From NCBI GenBank assembly GCA_000002435.2, contig CM018791.1: DNA of 64,000 nucleotides, one strand, 5' to 3'. The notes beneath the pieces were generated by a model. That model made no database searches, had not been told where the DNA came from, and was given only the letters and a program-made list of their open reading frames with translations. Shown in pieces: positions 37,459 through 48,700 of this stretch (position 1 is its first letter; the number at the start of each line of letters is the position of its first letter). Source of the stretch: Giardia intestinalis (lineage: Eukaryota). Both the position numbers and the translations under genes were made by a program.

Positions 37459-40400
37459 TCATTCTAGGAGAGCCACAAGTTCTGGGTGCCCAGCCTTCAC
37501 AGCAACATCAGCAGGCGTGCATCCAGCGCCGTACTTACTCTTCTCTGTTGTAGTTATTGTCTTTTCTTTTGGATACTTGCGCAGGATGTACTCTATGCAG
37601 GGCTTACTTCCCACCTGGATGGCGTACATTAGAGCGTTCATTCCTTCCTTGGTCTTTGCCCCTACTTCCTTGATCAAGGCCTCCACACATGGTCGATGTC
37701 CTTGGCTCGCCGCGTGCATTAGAGCAGTCATCTTGTGCTTGTCTGTCATGCCTCGCTCAAACTCGAGGAGATACTTGCAGCAATCGTGGTGCCCGTGCAT
37801 TCCGGCAAGCATCATCGCAGTGGTGCCGGAGGGTGTGGCCATCTTTGCTTCAGCCTTTAGATACTGAAGAACCTTTACCTTTCCAGCGCTGGCTGCGTAC
37901 ATGAGGGCCGTCTTTCCTTCCTCATCCGCGAGGGTGGCCTGAGAGGGTGCATAGAGATACACACTAACCACATCGCCCTGCTCAGCAGCATCCATGAGCT
38001 CCGTCTTACGCCCTCCACTGACGTTTGGGGGTTGAATTTCAAAGCCTTCAGGTCCCAAAAGAAGTGACGCCGCCTCTGTGTTTCCATTCAAAAGAGCGAT
38101 CTTTGTTGCAGTATTGTCTATGAAGTCCTTGTCGTCTAGAACCCTGATTCCGGCCTCATATGGAAGCAGAATCTTTATCAATTCAATATTATTTCCACCT
38201 GCAGCCATCATAAGAGCGGTGTAGCCGTCGTTGTTTTCATGTCCGGCTTGCTTTTTGATGTCCTTCTTGACCTCCTCGAAGAGCTTTGTGAGCTTAGCCT
38301 GCTCTTCATCAGTAAGCTGATGGGCACGAGAACTCATAGATCTCCCGTCATCTCCTACTTTGTACGGATCCAACTTCAGGATCTTCTTTATGGCCCTCAT
38401 AACAGTGCTGTTGCCGTTTTCGTCTAGCTTTAAGTTGGTTGGCTTGACAATTTCTCGAGATTTAGTATTCGCAGATTCAGCAGCTTCTCTTGTCGCTAGA
38501 GGGGTATGTGTTTTTGGAGCATCCACAGTGCTAGGGGCATCGTGGTGGTCGTGCTCTCCTACAGATTCCTTAGCTGCTATAGCATTGTCCTTATGAGCCT
38601 CATCTGTAGTTGCATCTTCACTGTGATGGTGCACATTACTCTTAGGGGTCTGCGGTGTTACCTCTTCTTCCTTGAGTGGCTTTATCTGAATAGGGGTGTG
38701 CTGATTAGATTCCAAAGGAGACTCTGCGACTGAAGCAAGCCTGTCGATGGTGTCGTGAAAGTCAGCAGATGGTGGCAGTAACAGATCTGTCTGAACAGCA
38801 GAGTCCGAACAATATGCCGCTGCTTCTACCTCCACGTCAGCGGTTTCTGGCGGAGGAGCGGCTAGTGGCGCAAGATCACTCAGAGACGGCAGAACAATAC
38901 CTGAGGTAAGCGAGTCTTTGCGAAGAAGTCTGTTCGCTTCGCGAACCAAAGCAGAATCAGCACTCTTGACATCCTCTAGCATGGCGGAATGTGTAGACCA
39001 GATTTTATTACATAAGTCAGCAACATGAGAAAGGCCCTCGATGGACTTTTGCTGTGCTTCAGTTGTGTTAGTGACCCACTGAGCTGCATTGCCAGTAATA
39101 GAGATGGCCTTTAAAATTTGATACAGGATGTCGTAAACTTGAGAGCTTCTGGTGAGCATAACGTCTGCCACTGTGTCCAACTTCGATTGCAGATCGATTG
39201 CTTGGGATCGGTATTTATCACACGAAGAGAGGAGCTCAGTGTACTGAAAAGAGTCTGCTGCATCAGCTGGTAGTCGTGGCTTGGATGAGGTTTCGGCTGC
39301 ACCTGCAGTCGTTGGAGTCTCGAGAAACTTATTTATCAGACGCTCCTTTCCTTCAATACACTCCAGCATCTCAACGCATGCAACGCGAAGCTCAGTGGCG
39401 GACATCTTACTGATCTTCTTCAATGTGGACGCAGTGTCTATGTTCGCTGTGGGACTGAGCGGCAGACCTATAACACTCGTTGATCGACCCACTGCACTGG
39501 CCTCCGCTGCACCTGATCTTTGAATGGTGCCCAGCTCATTCTGGTAAGAGTCCATGATCACTGGCGGTATCAGGTTGTCATCTTGATAGGTCTCTTCTGG
39601 TATGAGATCCATCCTGGCCTGATGCATTGTGCACGACTGAAGCTCTGTTCCTGGAACTGTGCTGACATGACTCGCCGGGTCTGAGGTCAATGCATCGGAC
39701 CGGGGACCAGTGATCTGGGTCTCTGCGGTGTCGTGTTCCGGAGAGAGTAGATATGTTGGCCGTGGGATAATGCGATTTGACTGGGCGCGCGGCTTGATGT
39801 GTTTCAAATTCTCAGGGTTCTGGTGCATTAAAATCACTCCGTCCTCGTCGTCCCTATCGTGCATTCCCATCTTAGTCATTCTGTGAATAATTTGCATTTC
39901 GGTGTCATTGTGGCTGGATGGAATACCTGATTTGCCGGCTGCAGAGTCGTTAGCAGTAGCGTTGTTAGTTACCCCATATGCAGAACGAACGCTTTTATTG
40001 CGCATAGCCAGGTTCCGTCGAAATATCTCACCCAAGTCGGAGAGCGGGGGGATCACCGATCCTATTGGTGGGTCGTTCAACGCCATTTTGTTAGCGGCCT
40101 TAAGCGTAGATGTAGCCCGGCCAAAGGACTGGGGCGACTTTTCCACAGGGAGCGCAGGGCTACCCTTTTTGGGTGCCCCGCTGGTAGAGTTAGGACTTTC
40201 GACCTTTCCCAGCTTATCGGTGTGCTGCGAAGGCGACACGTTACTAAAGCGGTTGACAGACGTCGTGTATTGCTTTGCCCCCGGAGAAGTAAAGGGGGAC
40301 TTGGAGCTAGTGGCAGCCAAGGTGGCCCTGTCTCCCAGAGTCTTCACTTTGTGCAGAAGGTGTGCCGTGAGTTTTGTGTGAAGCTGCACGTGGCCGCACT

Positions 40401-40899
40401 CCTCAGCTATCTTCACTGCGCGCTCCAGGTCGGGGACGGAGAACTTCTCACTCTTCGTCAGTAGGTCCACGCAAAGGTGGTAATTATTGTAGGTGGCGTA
40501 GTCAAGGGCTGTGTAGCCTTGCTTGTCGGTTTCGTTCCCGAAGTATGGAATCAGCAGAGGGATGACCCGCGTGCTTCCGTTGGCCGCGGCAATTATGAGG
40601 GGCGTGTAGCCGGTGGAAGACTGGCGAAGCTCCCGCTCCTTCGGGATGAGGACGGAGGCGATGTCGTCGTAGTTCCGCGCGCACGCCAGGAAGAGGGCCG
40701 TTTCGTCGCGGTTGTTCACGAAGCCGGACTCTGTCTCGCTGAGGACCTCGACCATCGTCAGGTCGTTGTTCTTGACGGCGAGCATCAGGGCCGTGCACCC
40801 GTCGTCGTTCCGCGTGCCCGCATACTTGCGCTGGACGGCGCGGACCCCGTTGTAGTTGTGCTGCTCGACAAGCGAGAACCACGCGCGGACGTCCCCCAT
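37459..40899 (-). CDS. Ankyrin-repeat protein of the Giardia 'protein 21.1' type (N- and C-terminal ankyrin arrays around a long low-complexity middle)
   Basis: Starts MGDVRAWFSLVEQHNYNGVRAVQRKYAGTRNDDGCTALMLAV, then ankyrin repeats. A ~600-aa Ser/Thr/Pro-rich region follows, then more ankyrin repeats (GYTALMMAAGGNNIELIKILL...). Confidence 0.85.
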   Translation of the reverse strand: MGDVRAWFSLVEQHNYNGVRAVQRKYAGTRNDDGCTALMLAVKNNDLTMVEVLSETESGFVNNRDETALFLACARNYDDIASVLIPKERELRQSSTGYTPLIIAAANGSTRVIPLLIPYFGNETDKQGYTALDYATYNNYHLCVDLLTKSEKFSVPDLERAVKIAEECGHVQLHTKLTAHLLHKVKTLGDRATLAATSSKSPFTSPGAKQYTTSVNRFSNVSPSQHTDKLGKVESPNSTSGAPKKGSPALPVEKSPQSFGRATSTLKAANKMALNDPPIGSVIPPLSDLGEIFRRNLAMRNKSVRSAYGVTNNATANDSAAGKSGIPSSHNDTEMQIIHRMTKMGMHDRDDEDGVILMHQNPENLKHIKPRAQSNRIIPRPTYLLSPEHDTAETQITGPRSDALTSDPASHVSTVPGTELQSCTMHQARMDLIPEETYQDDNLIPPVIMDSYQNELGTIQRSGAAEASAVGRSTSVIGLPLSPTANIDTASTLKKISKMSATELRVACVEMLECIEGKERLINKFLETPTTAGAAETSSKPRLPADAADSFQYTELLSSCDKYRSQAIDLQSKLDTVADVMLTRSSQVYDILYQILKAISITGNAAQWVTNTTEAQQKSIEGLSHVADLCNKIWSTHSAMLEDVKSADSALVREANRLLRKDSLTSGIVLPSLSDLAPLAAPPPETADVEVEAAAYCSDSAVQTDLLLPPSADFHDTIDRLASVAESPLESNQHTPIQIKPLKEEEVTPQTPKSNVHHHSEDATTDEAHKDNAIAAKESVGEHDHHDAPSTVDAPKTHTPLATREAAESANTKSREIVKPTNLKLDENGNSTVMRAIKKILKLDPYKVGDDGRSMSSRAHQLTDEEQAKLTKLFEEVKKDIKKQAGHENNDGYTALMMAAGGNNIELIKILLPYEAGIRVLDDKDFIDNTATKIALLNGNTEAASLLLGPEGFEIQPPNVSGGRKTELMDAAEQGDVVSVYLYAPSQATLADEEGKTALMYAASAGKVKVLQYLKAEAKMATPSGTTAMMLAGMHGHHDCCKYLLEFERGMTDKHKMTALMHAASQGHRPCVEALIKEVGAKTKEGMNALMYAIQVGSKPCIEYILRKYPKEKTITTTEKSKYGAGCTPADVAVKAGHPELVALLE

Positions 40900-40920
40900 G
40901 GCAACTTTTTATTTACACGC
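40900..40920 (-). promoter_or_regulatory. A/T-rich initiator element upstream of the 21.1 gene ATG
   Basis: Minus-strand reading: gcgtgtaaataaaaagttgccATGG. Confidence 0.35.
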
Positions 40921-41182
40921 GGGGCATCGGCACGCCGACGCCGTTGAGTGAAGGAGCCTCCTTAAGACGCGCCGCAGGGCTTCCCCGCAGGGAGCCTCAT
41001 CGTCGCACGGGCCAAGCCTCGCTTAACGGCCCTGCGGCAAGGTATCCGCATCAGAAGGTTAGGGGGCGACATGTACGCACAGGGGTTTGGTGGTATTAAC
41101 TCCAAAACTGATCCCGAATGGTATGATCGCTTGCCCCACCCTTTTTCTTTTCCGGGAGAATTCGATTTAAAATGGTTTGCTT

Positions 41183-44100
41183 TTATTCACTCCGAGCACG
41201 GGCAATCCCGGCGAGCTCCTCTGCGTCCTCGCACTCTGCGACCAGCTTGCTGAAGAGCGACTCTGGGTTGCTCAGGAGCGCCCTGGGGGTGTCGAACTCC
41301 TTTACCTCGCCCGCGTCCATAACTATGATTCTGTCGAAGTCGATGATGGTATTGATCCTGTGTGCAATGGCGATAACGACGCGGTCTGCCAGCGCTGTAC
41401 GGATCGTGGACTGGATTATGGCGTCGTTTTCCCGGTCGACCTGGGCGGTGGCCTCATCCAGAATAACCACTGGTGCGTTTCGTAGCAGCGCACGGGCCAC
41501 GCAGACAAGCTGGCGCTGACCTGCAGAGAGGTTGTCCCCGCAGGAAGTGATAGGGGCCTCTAGGCCTTCTAATTGGCTTTCAAAGAAGTCACGCAAACAG
41601 ACCTTTTCCAAAGCCGACCATAACTCCATGTCAGTGTGCCGTCGCACAGTCTTTGGAATCTCACCAACAGGAATTTTCTCTGCCAGCATATGAGAGTACG
41701 GGCAAAGCGATGACCTGAGAGTGCCCTCGAAGACGAAGGGATCCTGTGGGATTATTGTCAAGAAGCTTCTTGCGTCCTTGAGGGGAAGCCTATCTATCGG
41801 ATATCCGTCGATAGAGATGAGGGGTTTGTCGTACTGCCGTGATGGCGGAGAGTCTGTCTCGGCTCGCTCCGGCTCTGCCAGCCGGAAGAGAGCAGCCACT
41901 AGGGATGACTTTCCGGCACCTGTGCGCCCAACAATTCCAATTCTCTCGCCTTTCCGAAACGCAAGGTTCACGTTTATCAGTGTGCAGGGGAGCTCTTTAC
42001 GATGCCTAAAGGACATGCGGCTGATCTGTACATACTCGCCCTCACTAGGCCTCGCTCTACTACCTTCTACATCCTGAGCGGGCGCATCTGCTTCTTCTGG
42101 AGACAGCTTACTATACTCATGCACTCTCTCGAAGCTTGCAAAGCTCCGTTCGAAGAGTATGCTGTATATTAGCACAGAGTTAAGAAGCTCAATGACTTCA
42201 AAGCCATTAAGGAGTACTACGCCAACATAGCGTGCAACATCACCATACGCTGCAATAATGATCACCCCGATGCTGAGCGCAAGGGAGAGCAGGACCGAAA
42301 TGCACGAGTAGTTGAAGGATGCCCATCTATTACAGCAGTACATCATCCACTCAACAGCATACTTGCGTGAAAGGTTCTTCCTGTGAATATTCTGGATGTC
42401 TGCTTGCATCCCACTCGCTCTGACCAAGGGAAGATTGCTAGAGACCTCCTCCACAAGCGTGATGACGGGGCTGGTGACCATGTTACTTAGCCGCTTCACT
42501 TGCGGCGTGATCATCCTGTACCGCCTCAGAAGCAAGATGAATATTATCCCAACTGGCAAAAAGGCGAAGATTGTTGGCCACGCAAAAATCATCGACGTGA
42601 GACTCGACACGCTCACTGAGATGAGCAATTCGCAGAGAGGAGTCATCGTGTCGTAGACGTCTCTATCGCACTCGCGCACGTCTGATGACAATCTATTAAG
42701 GATACGACCCATCGGATTGGTTTCAAAGAAGGACATGCGTGTATGGAGTATTGCGTTCGCCATGCTCTTGTGCGCCTTTGTTGTAGCAGAAATAGAGAAG
42801 TTTATAGTTAGATATCTCATTACTATAATCATGCCAATCAACAGCACCAGTGCCGCTGTGTATAGAAGGGGGTAGAAGTGGCTCGGCATCCCGTAGCGGT
42901 TTGTTGACCATGAATCGATAAAGACGTTCATGAATTGTTGAATCAACTGCGTAATGATATACAACACCAGACAAAGGACGAACTTCCCTATGCCTCCATA
43001 CTTAATCCAGCTGATATAGAGCTCCTTAGAAAGGGCTCCCTTTCCAGAGTGCTGTTCGTCCACAATATTCTTAGTTTTATTGGCCTCGTCGGTATTTGTA
43101 GGTGGATCCACTGAGGACGCCTCTGTACAAATATCGTTCTGACTAGACGCTGCTAGAGATAGCTTGCTGGGGACAGAAATTATGTTCCTCTTCAGAAGGT
43201 CATCCTTCCTCCTTTCGACCGGCTTCTTATCCTGGATCTCGTATACTCTGTCGCAGCTCCCAAAGAATTGTGTCTGATGGCTTGATATGAGAACGGTCTT
43301 CTGCTTCTGCCTTATCAGATATCCCAAGATGCAGTTTTCCCAGAGACGCCGCGCAACGTGGGCGTCAACCGCAGAGAGGGGATCATCGAGAAGGTAGATA
43401 TCGGAATCGGCATAAACGGCGCGGGCTAACGCTATACGGGCCTTTTGCCCACCTGAAAGAGAGGTACCGCGCTCTCCCACCTCTGTGTTAATTCCACTAG
43501 GAAGCACAGCCAAGTCCTTGTCGAGACAGCAGAGGCTTATAACCTTGGCTAGCTTCTGCTCATCCAGGGGCTTGTGAAATATTATATTGCTGATAATAGT
43601 CCCAGACATAACGCAGGGAACCTGAGAATAATAGGCCACAGTTCCTCCGTGGGATATTTTGTCTGTAGATGTTAGCTCTCCGAGTAATGCCATGTGCAAG
43701 GCCGTCTTCCCAGAGCCTACTGCTCCGAATATGCCAACTAGTTCCCCTTTCCTGACAGAAAAGTCTACTCCGTCAAGAACGGGAGAGCTATCTATTGCTT
43801 TCTGCACCTCATACTTACGCAGTGTCTCCGGATCGATAAATTTATATGTCGTTGCCAGTTGCACATATATCCTCTTAAGTTTATTAACAAGGCTTTCGTC
43901 ATTTGTTGATAGGTAGTCTCCTTCAATTATGTTTGCAGGAATTTCTATTTTCGAGGGCAGTGCTATCCGCAGCTGAAGCGCAAAGTGATCAGCTGTTTCT
44001 CCTTGGTGTGTCGGTCTGTGCATCAGATCGACTATCTGTTGAGGAGTGAAGCTACAGAGCAAGGACTCTTTGGCTTCAGACCCCAGAAGGCTCAGGGTTT

Positions 44101-45694
44101 CATTCAGCTTGTCTTCGTTCTTGTTCTTATGAGCGTACGATATCCCTAACATAGTCAGCAAGCTTTCATAAGCCTTTTGTGCTTTCACAGCATTGTGAGC
44201 GATGCGCTTGATACTCGCTCGGTTTTCTGCGTATGAGACATCTAGTATCTCTGGTTTCTGTAGGTGCTTAGCAAAGCCCCAGGTGAACGTTCCCTTGATA
44301 TGCACTGCTACGTCAGAGCCCAGAGGCTCACGTTGAATGACTGTGCCACGATGGCCAGAGAGGCTCTTAGCGCTGCCAATGGCTGATCCAGCCGCGAGGT
44401 TGTCAGCCACATCGGGAAGACTCAAGAAAGCATTTATCCTCTTACCACTGATTATGCTAACTATCAAGGAATTAAGTGCAGTCGGGATAAATGAAATGCC
44501 TTCTGCAAGTAAGACAAACACTAGTGATGCAGAATAACCTGCTGCATCTGTGAGAAGCCCATAACTGGCTAAAGCTGCAAATCCAAAGAGCATCATCATA
44601 GGCAGACAGACCTCTCCACAGATGTAAACAAAAGCCTCGTTCATCAATAGCTTCTGTAAATATCGTAGCTCCTTCTTACGTGCATAGCCCAGCCTAACCG
44701 TGTGGATGTCTTCCTGGCCAAAGAACTTTATCACCTTTATGCCTTTAAGAATTTCTGATGCGATTCTTATGCGCGAATCACTGTTCATTAGGTAAAGGGA
44801 AGTGATACGCCCTTGCATGGACGTAATGTAGAAGGATAAGGGCATCGCTATCGCAAAAGCAATCAATCCCATCATTGCTGCCGGATGAGTAAAAAGACTA
44901 AGGTAGATCGCACTATAGATAACAGCAATGAGTAGTTCGACCAAGATAGGAAGCCAGATGATCACTATGAGGGTATTTTGGACGTCAGTAAAGAGAAAAT
45001 TGATGATAGAGCCAGATAGGACGCTGCTCTTTGTTAGCTCTGAAACAGTCAGCAGCTTGGTGAAAAGACGATCTTGCAGCGCCATTTGCGTCTTGAACAG
45101 AATCTTTCGTGCGGTGAGAAACGTAATGCTGGTGAAGAAGGTGTACACTAGGCGCGCCACTACAACAACGAGCACCCAAACAGCTGACTGACGGAACAGG
45201 ACTGAGAGCACAGCCGGCGTCGTTACACCGGAAACACCTTGGTCCAACAATAAGTTGGTGCGGATGGCCCTAACGTTCTCAGGAGAGAGAATGGATACCA
45301 GAAAATTGACCGTGATTGGGGTACAGAGCGACGCTAGCTTATAGATCATCGCTGAGAAGATACACAAAAGAAAGTCTCGCAGGTTCATCTGCAAAGACAG
45401 GCGTATGATGTTAGGGAACTTCTTGCCTTCGTTGCTATGCCGTGCCAGCTTCGCTTCAGCAGAAAGATATTGCGCAATAGATTCCTCTGTGGTCATCCCT
45501 TTTTCTAATGCATAAACGTCACAGTTGTAGAGGGCTCCTTGTTTGCTGGCTGTCCTTATCACAGGATAAAACCATGCTAAGGTGTAGAACATAAAGCGTG
45601 GGTAACGTTCCGCGAGTCTCTCCCCAGCTTCCAGCTTTGTAAACTCCTGTGCATTGTCTGGCGGCGGGGGATAGACGCGGGGTCTTATGCCCAT
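41183..45694 (-). CDS. Full-length ABC transporter, ABCC/MRP-like (TMD0-TMD1-NBD1-TMD2-NBD2)
   Basis: The ORF-track start at 45712 is TTG; the first ATG is at 45692-45694 (MGIRPRVY). NBD1: Walker A GAVGSGKTAL, signature LSGGQKARIALARA, Walker B IYLLDDPLSAVD. NBD2: GRTGAGKSSL, LSAGQRQLVCVARA, VVILDEATAQVD. Two six-helix hydrophobic domains. Confidence 0.9.
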   Translation of the reverse strand: MGIRPRVYPPPPDNAQEFTKLEAGERLAERYPRFMFYTLAWFYPVIRTASKQGALYNCDVYALEKGMTTEESIAQYLSAEAKLARHSNEGKKFPNIIRLSLQMNLRDFLLCIFSAMIYKLASLCTPITVNFLVSILSPENVRAIRTNLLLDQGVSGVTTPAVLSVLFRQSAVWVLVVVVARLVYTFFTSITFLTARKILFKTQMALQDRLFTKLLTVSELTKSSVLSGSIINFLFTDVQNTLIVIIWLPILVELLIAVIYSAIYLSLFTHPAAMMGLIAFAIAMPLSFYITSMQGRITSLYLMNSDSRIRIASEILKGIKVIKFFGQEDIHTVRLGYARKKELRYLQKLLMNEAFVYICGEVCLPMMMLFGFAALASYGLLTDAAGYSASLVFVLLAEGISFIPTALNSLIVSIISGKRINAFLSLPDVADNLAAGSAIGSAKSLSGHRGTVIQREPLGSDVAVHIKGTFTWGFAKHLQKPEILDVSYAENRASIKRIAHNAVKAQKAYESLLTMLGISYAHKNKNEDKLNETLSLLGSEAKESLLCSFTPQQIVDLMHRPTHQGETADHFALQLRIALPSKIEIPANIIEGDYLSTNDESLVNKLKRIYVQLATTYKFIDPETLRKYEVQKAIDSSPVLDGVDFSVRKGELVGIFGAVGSGKTALHMALLGELTSTDKISHGGTVAYYSQVPCVMSGTIISNIIFHKPLDEQKLAKVISLCCLDKDLAVLPSGINTEVGERGTSLSGGQKARIALARAVYADSDIYLLDDPLSAVDAHVARRLWENCILGYLIRQKQKTVLISSHQTQFFGSCDRVYEIQDKKPVERRKDDLLKRNIISVPSKLSLAASSQNDICTEASSVDPPTNTDEANKTKNIVDEQHSGKGALSKELYISWIKYGGIGKFVLCLVLYIITQLIQQFMNVFIDSWSTNRYGMPSHFYPLLYTAALVLLIGMIIVMRYLTINFSISATTKAHKSMANAILHTRMSFFETNPMGRILNRLSSDVRECDRDVYDTMTPLCELLISVSVSSLTSMIFAWPTIFAFLPVGIIFILLLRRYRMITPQVKRLSNMVTSPVITLVEEVSSNLPLVRASGMQADIQNIHRKNLSRKYAVEWMMYCCNRWASFNYSCISVLLSLALSIGVIIIAAYGDVARYVGVVLLNGFEVIELLNSVLIYSILFERSFASFERVHEYSKLSPEEADAPAQDVEGSRARPSEGEYVQISRMSFRHRKELPCTLINVNLAFRKGERIGIVGRTGAGKSSLVAALFRLAEPERAETDSPPSRQYDKPLISIDGYPIDRLPLKDARSFLTIIPQDPFVFEGTLRSSLCPYSHMLAEKIPVGEIPKTVRRHTDMELWSALEKVCLRDFFESQLEGLEAPITSCGDNLSAGQRQLVCVARALLRNAPVVILDEATAQVDRENDAIIQSTIRTALADRVVIAIAHRINTIIDFDRIIVMDAGEVKEFDTPRALLSNPESLFSKLVAECEDAEELAGIARARSE

Positions 45695-45729
45695 TTTTAA
45701 TTCTAAGAGCAAAAATCAATCCGGTACGC
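45695..45729. promoter_or_regulatory. 35-bp bidirectional promoter between the divergent ABC transporter and coiled-coil genes
   Basis: CAT-ttttaattctaagagcaaaaatcaatccggtacgc-ATG. A/T-rich initiator-like stretches abut both start codons. Confidence 0.45.
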
Positions 45730-48700
45730 ATGACCATTTCTGGAACATACCCCGGTGACAAAGGGCTCCTAAGTGCTGATGAGCTAAGTGACATCATAGA
45801 ACACCTTTCTACGGAATACCTTTCCCAACCAGAGAACCTGGTAAAAGTTAAGACGGCCCTCAGAGAATACGAGCGATGCAGAAGACTACTAGAGCAGCAA
45901 CAAAAGGATTTCGCTACAATGATTTTAGATGTCGAGGAAAAAAGCCGGTTGTTGGAGGAAGAAGCGGCTACCATGCGTGAGCGATGTACGCAGGCAGAAC
46001 AGGAGCTCCTGGAGCTCAAGGCGGATGCAGCTCATAACAGTGACCAACTCCAACAAGAACTTCAAATGTACAAGAGCATTGCCGAAATGAATACGAGCAC
46101 ATCTAATAGCGCACTGTCTACGAGATCCCCCGTATCGGCCTCTCTGGTGGCTTCTGCCGCTCACTCACAGCGTATTCAAGAGCTCACTAACAACATCTCC
46201 ACTCTTGGACGTGAGCTGGATGAGCTTTCACAACGAGCCCAGTCGGCCGAGTGTAGAGCACATTCTGCTGCTTCCAGACTCCAGGAAGTAGAAAAAGAAG
46301 CCTTGGAAGCCCTTGAGGCTAGCTCTGAGGCAGTAGTCCGGGCTGCAACTCTGGAGAGTCACAATCATGAACTTAAAGCAACCCTCATGCTCAAAGACTC
46401 TGAGATTGCTAAGAGCATGCAGGCAAACTCATCTGAACTGGACAGGCTGCGCAGTGAAGCAGTGAGTCGCTCAAAAGAACTCGCAGTTCAAGCAGAACGG
46501 ATCCAGACGCTGTCGCTTCAAGTAACAAGCCTCACAAATGAGTTAACAATTGCCACAAAAGGGTCTGCACAGAAGCTAGAGCGCATAGCAGCTCTTGAAA
46601 GCCGGATAAGCTTTATTGCAGCAGAGTTGGATGCCAGGAACCAAAGTGTGGAGTCTTTGACGGCAGAGTTGCACGATTTGACGAACCAATCTTCCTCCCT
46701 ACAGACAGAGCTCAACGATGCACGGAGACATGCGGCAGACGCCGACCTTATGGTCTCTGTTGTGCAGAAGGAGCGCGACACTCTGTCATTCACTCTTTCT
46801 GAAAGGGTTGAGCAGCTTACAATAAAGAGTGCAGAGTGCGCAAAGCTGCGTGAAGAGGTGGATCAATTATACACACAGGTGAAGGAGATAGAAGACAGCC
46901 GCAGCAAAGCAGAGCTTTCTTCGTTAGCAAGCCTCTCTGAACGAGACAAGATTGCAGAAAGGAATGCTCAACTACAGAATGAATACGATATGCTGGCAGA
47001 ACAATACTCTTCCAGTGTCAGAGCCTATGAGCTAGCAAACGAAAAGCTTCGTCTCAAAGAGAGTGACGAGCAAGCCATGCTATCAGTTCTCAAGAAGCGT
47101 AACGACCTCATCAACGCTCTGGATCCCAGAATCACATTTCCGACGGTGCTTGAGATGCGAAGTGCTCCGGAGATAGTACCGCATGAAAATGGTACATACG
47201 TATTCATAGATGTGTATAATTCTGAAATCAAGGATATAAACACTAAATTGGAAAGGCAACATACTCAGATAAAAGCCCTAGAGGCGGAGACCTGTCTCCT
47301 TTCACAGAAGTTGGAGTTCTATCACAGCATCATTGAGAAGGCAGAGACTAGTGTTTCCGATTTTGGATTTGCCATCAGAAATGAGCAGCTGGAATACTCT
47401 GAGCTGCGCAAAGAGTTGCGTTCCATGGTCGAGCGCGTCTCCACCTATGTTATTCAAAAGACTATTGGAGAAGTAGATCCGCCAAAGGTTGCTGCTGGTC
47501 AATCGATACCTACTACCTCATCCGCAGACCTGCAAATAGACAAAGCACTGTCTTCGTCATGGTACGACCTCACCGTAGCGGAGATTAGTAGAGCGGCCGC
47601 CACCAGCACGCCGGCTCCATCTAAGTTGGGGCAACATCACTCTGAATTGACTAATCACGCACATGTGCCGATGGCTAATGGCATGCAACTTACTTATGAT
47701 GTCAATGGCAATGAGTCTATTTCGCGCTCTGTTTCGGCATCTATTTCTCCCCGATCGAAGGACACAGTGCGCCACAGATCTAAGAAGGGACCAAGTCCTC
47801 TTAAGACAATTGCAACACGAGTGCAAGAGGCTAAGCCTCAACATCCCCAGACACTCCATTTGGAAAACACTTTTCTAAGGGCAAAACTGCGCGAAGTAAG
47901 TGAGTCCTGTATGCAGGTATTCACCCAATTGATGTCTAACCCGAGCTCCTTGTATACAAATGAACAGATTGCTAAGATGAAGGAGCAGGTTTTGAGGATA
48001 AGCGGTTCAGCGATGGACCACACAGATGGATCGTCGGATAACGGTGTCTTCACTAGTCCACAACTGGGGACCATTTTTGCTGAAGCTGTGGAGAGTGCAG
48101 AAAGATCTCTCGAGCGTCCGTCACTGTTTGATTCCAAAGACTCCCCTTCCTGTCCGGGGGGCCCAATAAACTCCATGGAGATAGTCCGCGCACCCAACAG
48201 CGAGATAGTGAAGGAGTATATAGTAACATTTCCGGCAAAAGAGAGCACAGTGTATCACATTCATTTCGATATTATGAAGAAGCGTGATGCAGAGGCAGTG
48301 CGAGTGATTGCAGATTGTTATACAGAGCTATTCTACACCTGTCAATACCAGAGCTATGCGATTGCAAAGCTTGAGGAGCACATACAGAGAGTCTGCAGCG
48401 AGCTAAAGCACTTCGAAGAAAGCATGAGAATGGCAGAGACTGTGCAGCAACAAGCTAACAGCAAGTTTCTGATAACTGTTTGGGACCTATTACAGACCTA
48501 CCTAAATGAGGACTCGCGGAAAATCGAGATGTTAGACCGACGAGTAGCTGAGATGGAGCAGCATACCGCACAGCTGACATCTGACTGCACAGACAGCGTT
48601 CTTTTGCAGGAGTCTCAGCTGATGCGGTCAGCTATCCTCCTGGCAGTGGATAGAATTGCTCCGTTCATCATGATCGACAAAACGGACATCCAGGACATTC

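Noticed and set aside
32782-45694. A prokaryote-style reading of the helicase plus ABC transporter neighbourhood as a defence or transport island or operon
   Set aside because: The gene content (ankyrin/NEK kinases, kinesin, eIF4E, 21.1 protein, VSP-like HCMP), the divergent and convergent monocistronic layout, and the A/T initiators show this is eukaryotic (Giardia-like) nuclear DNA. The clustering is not functional.
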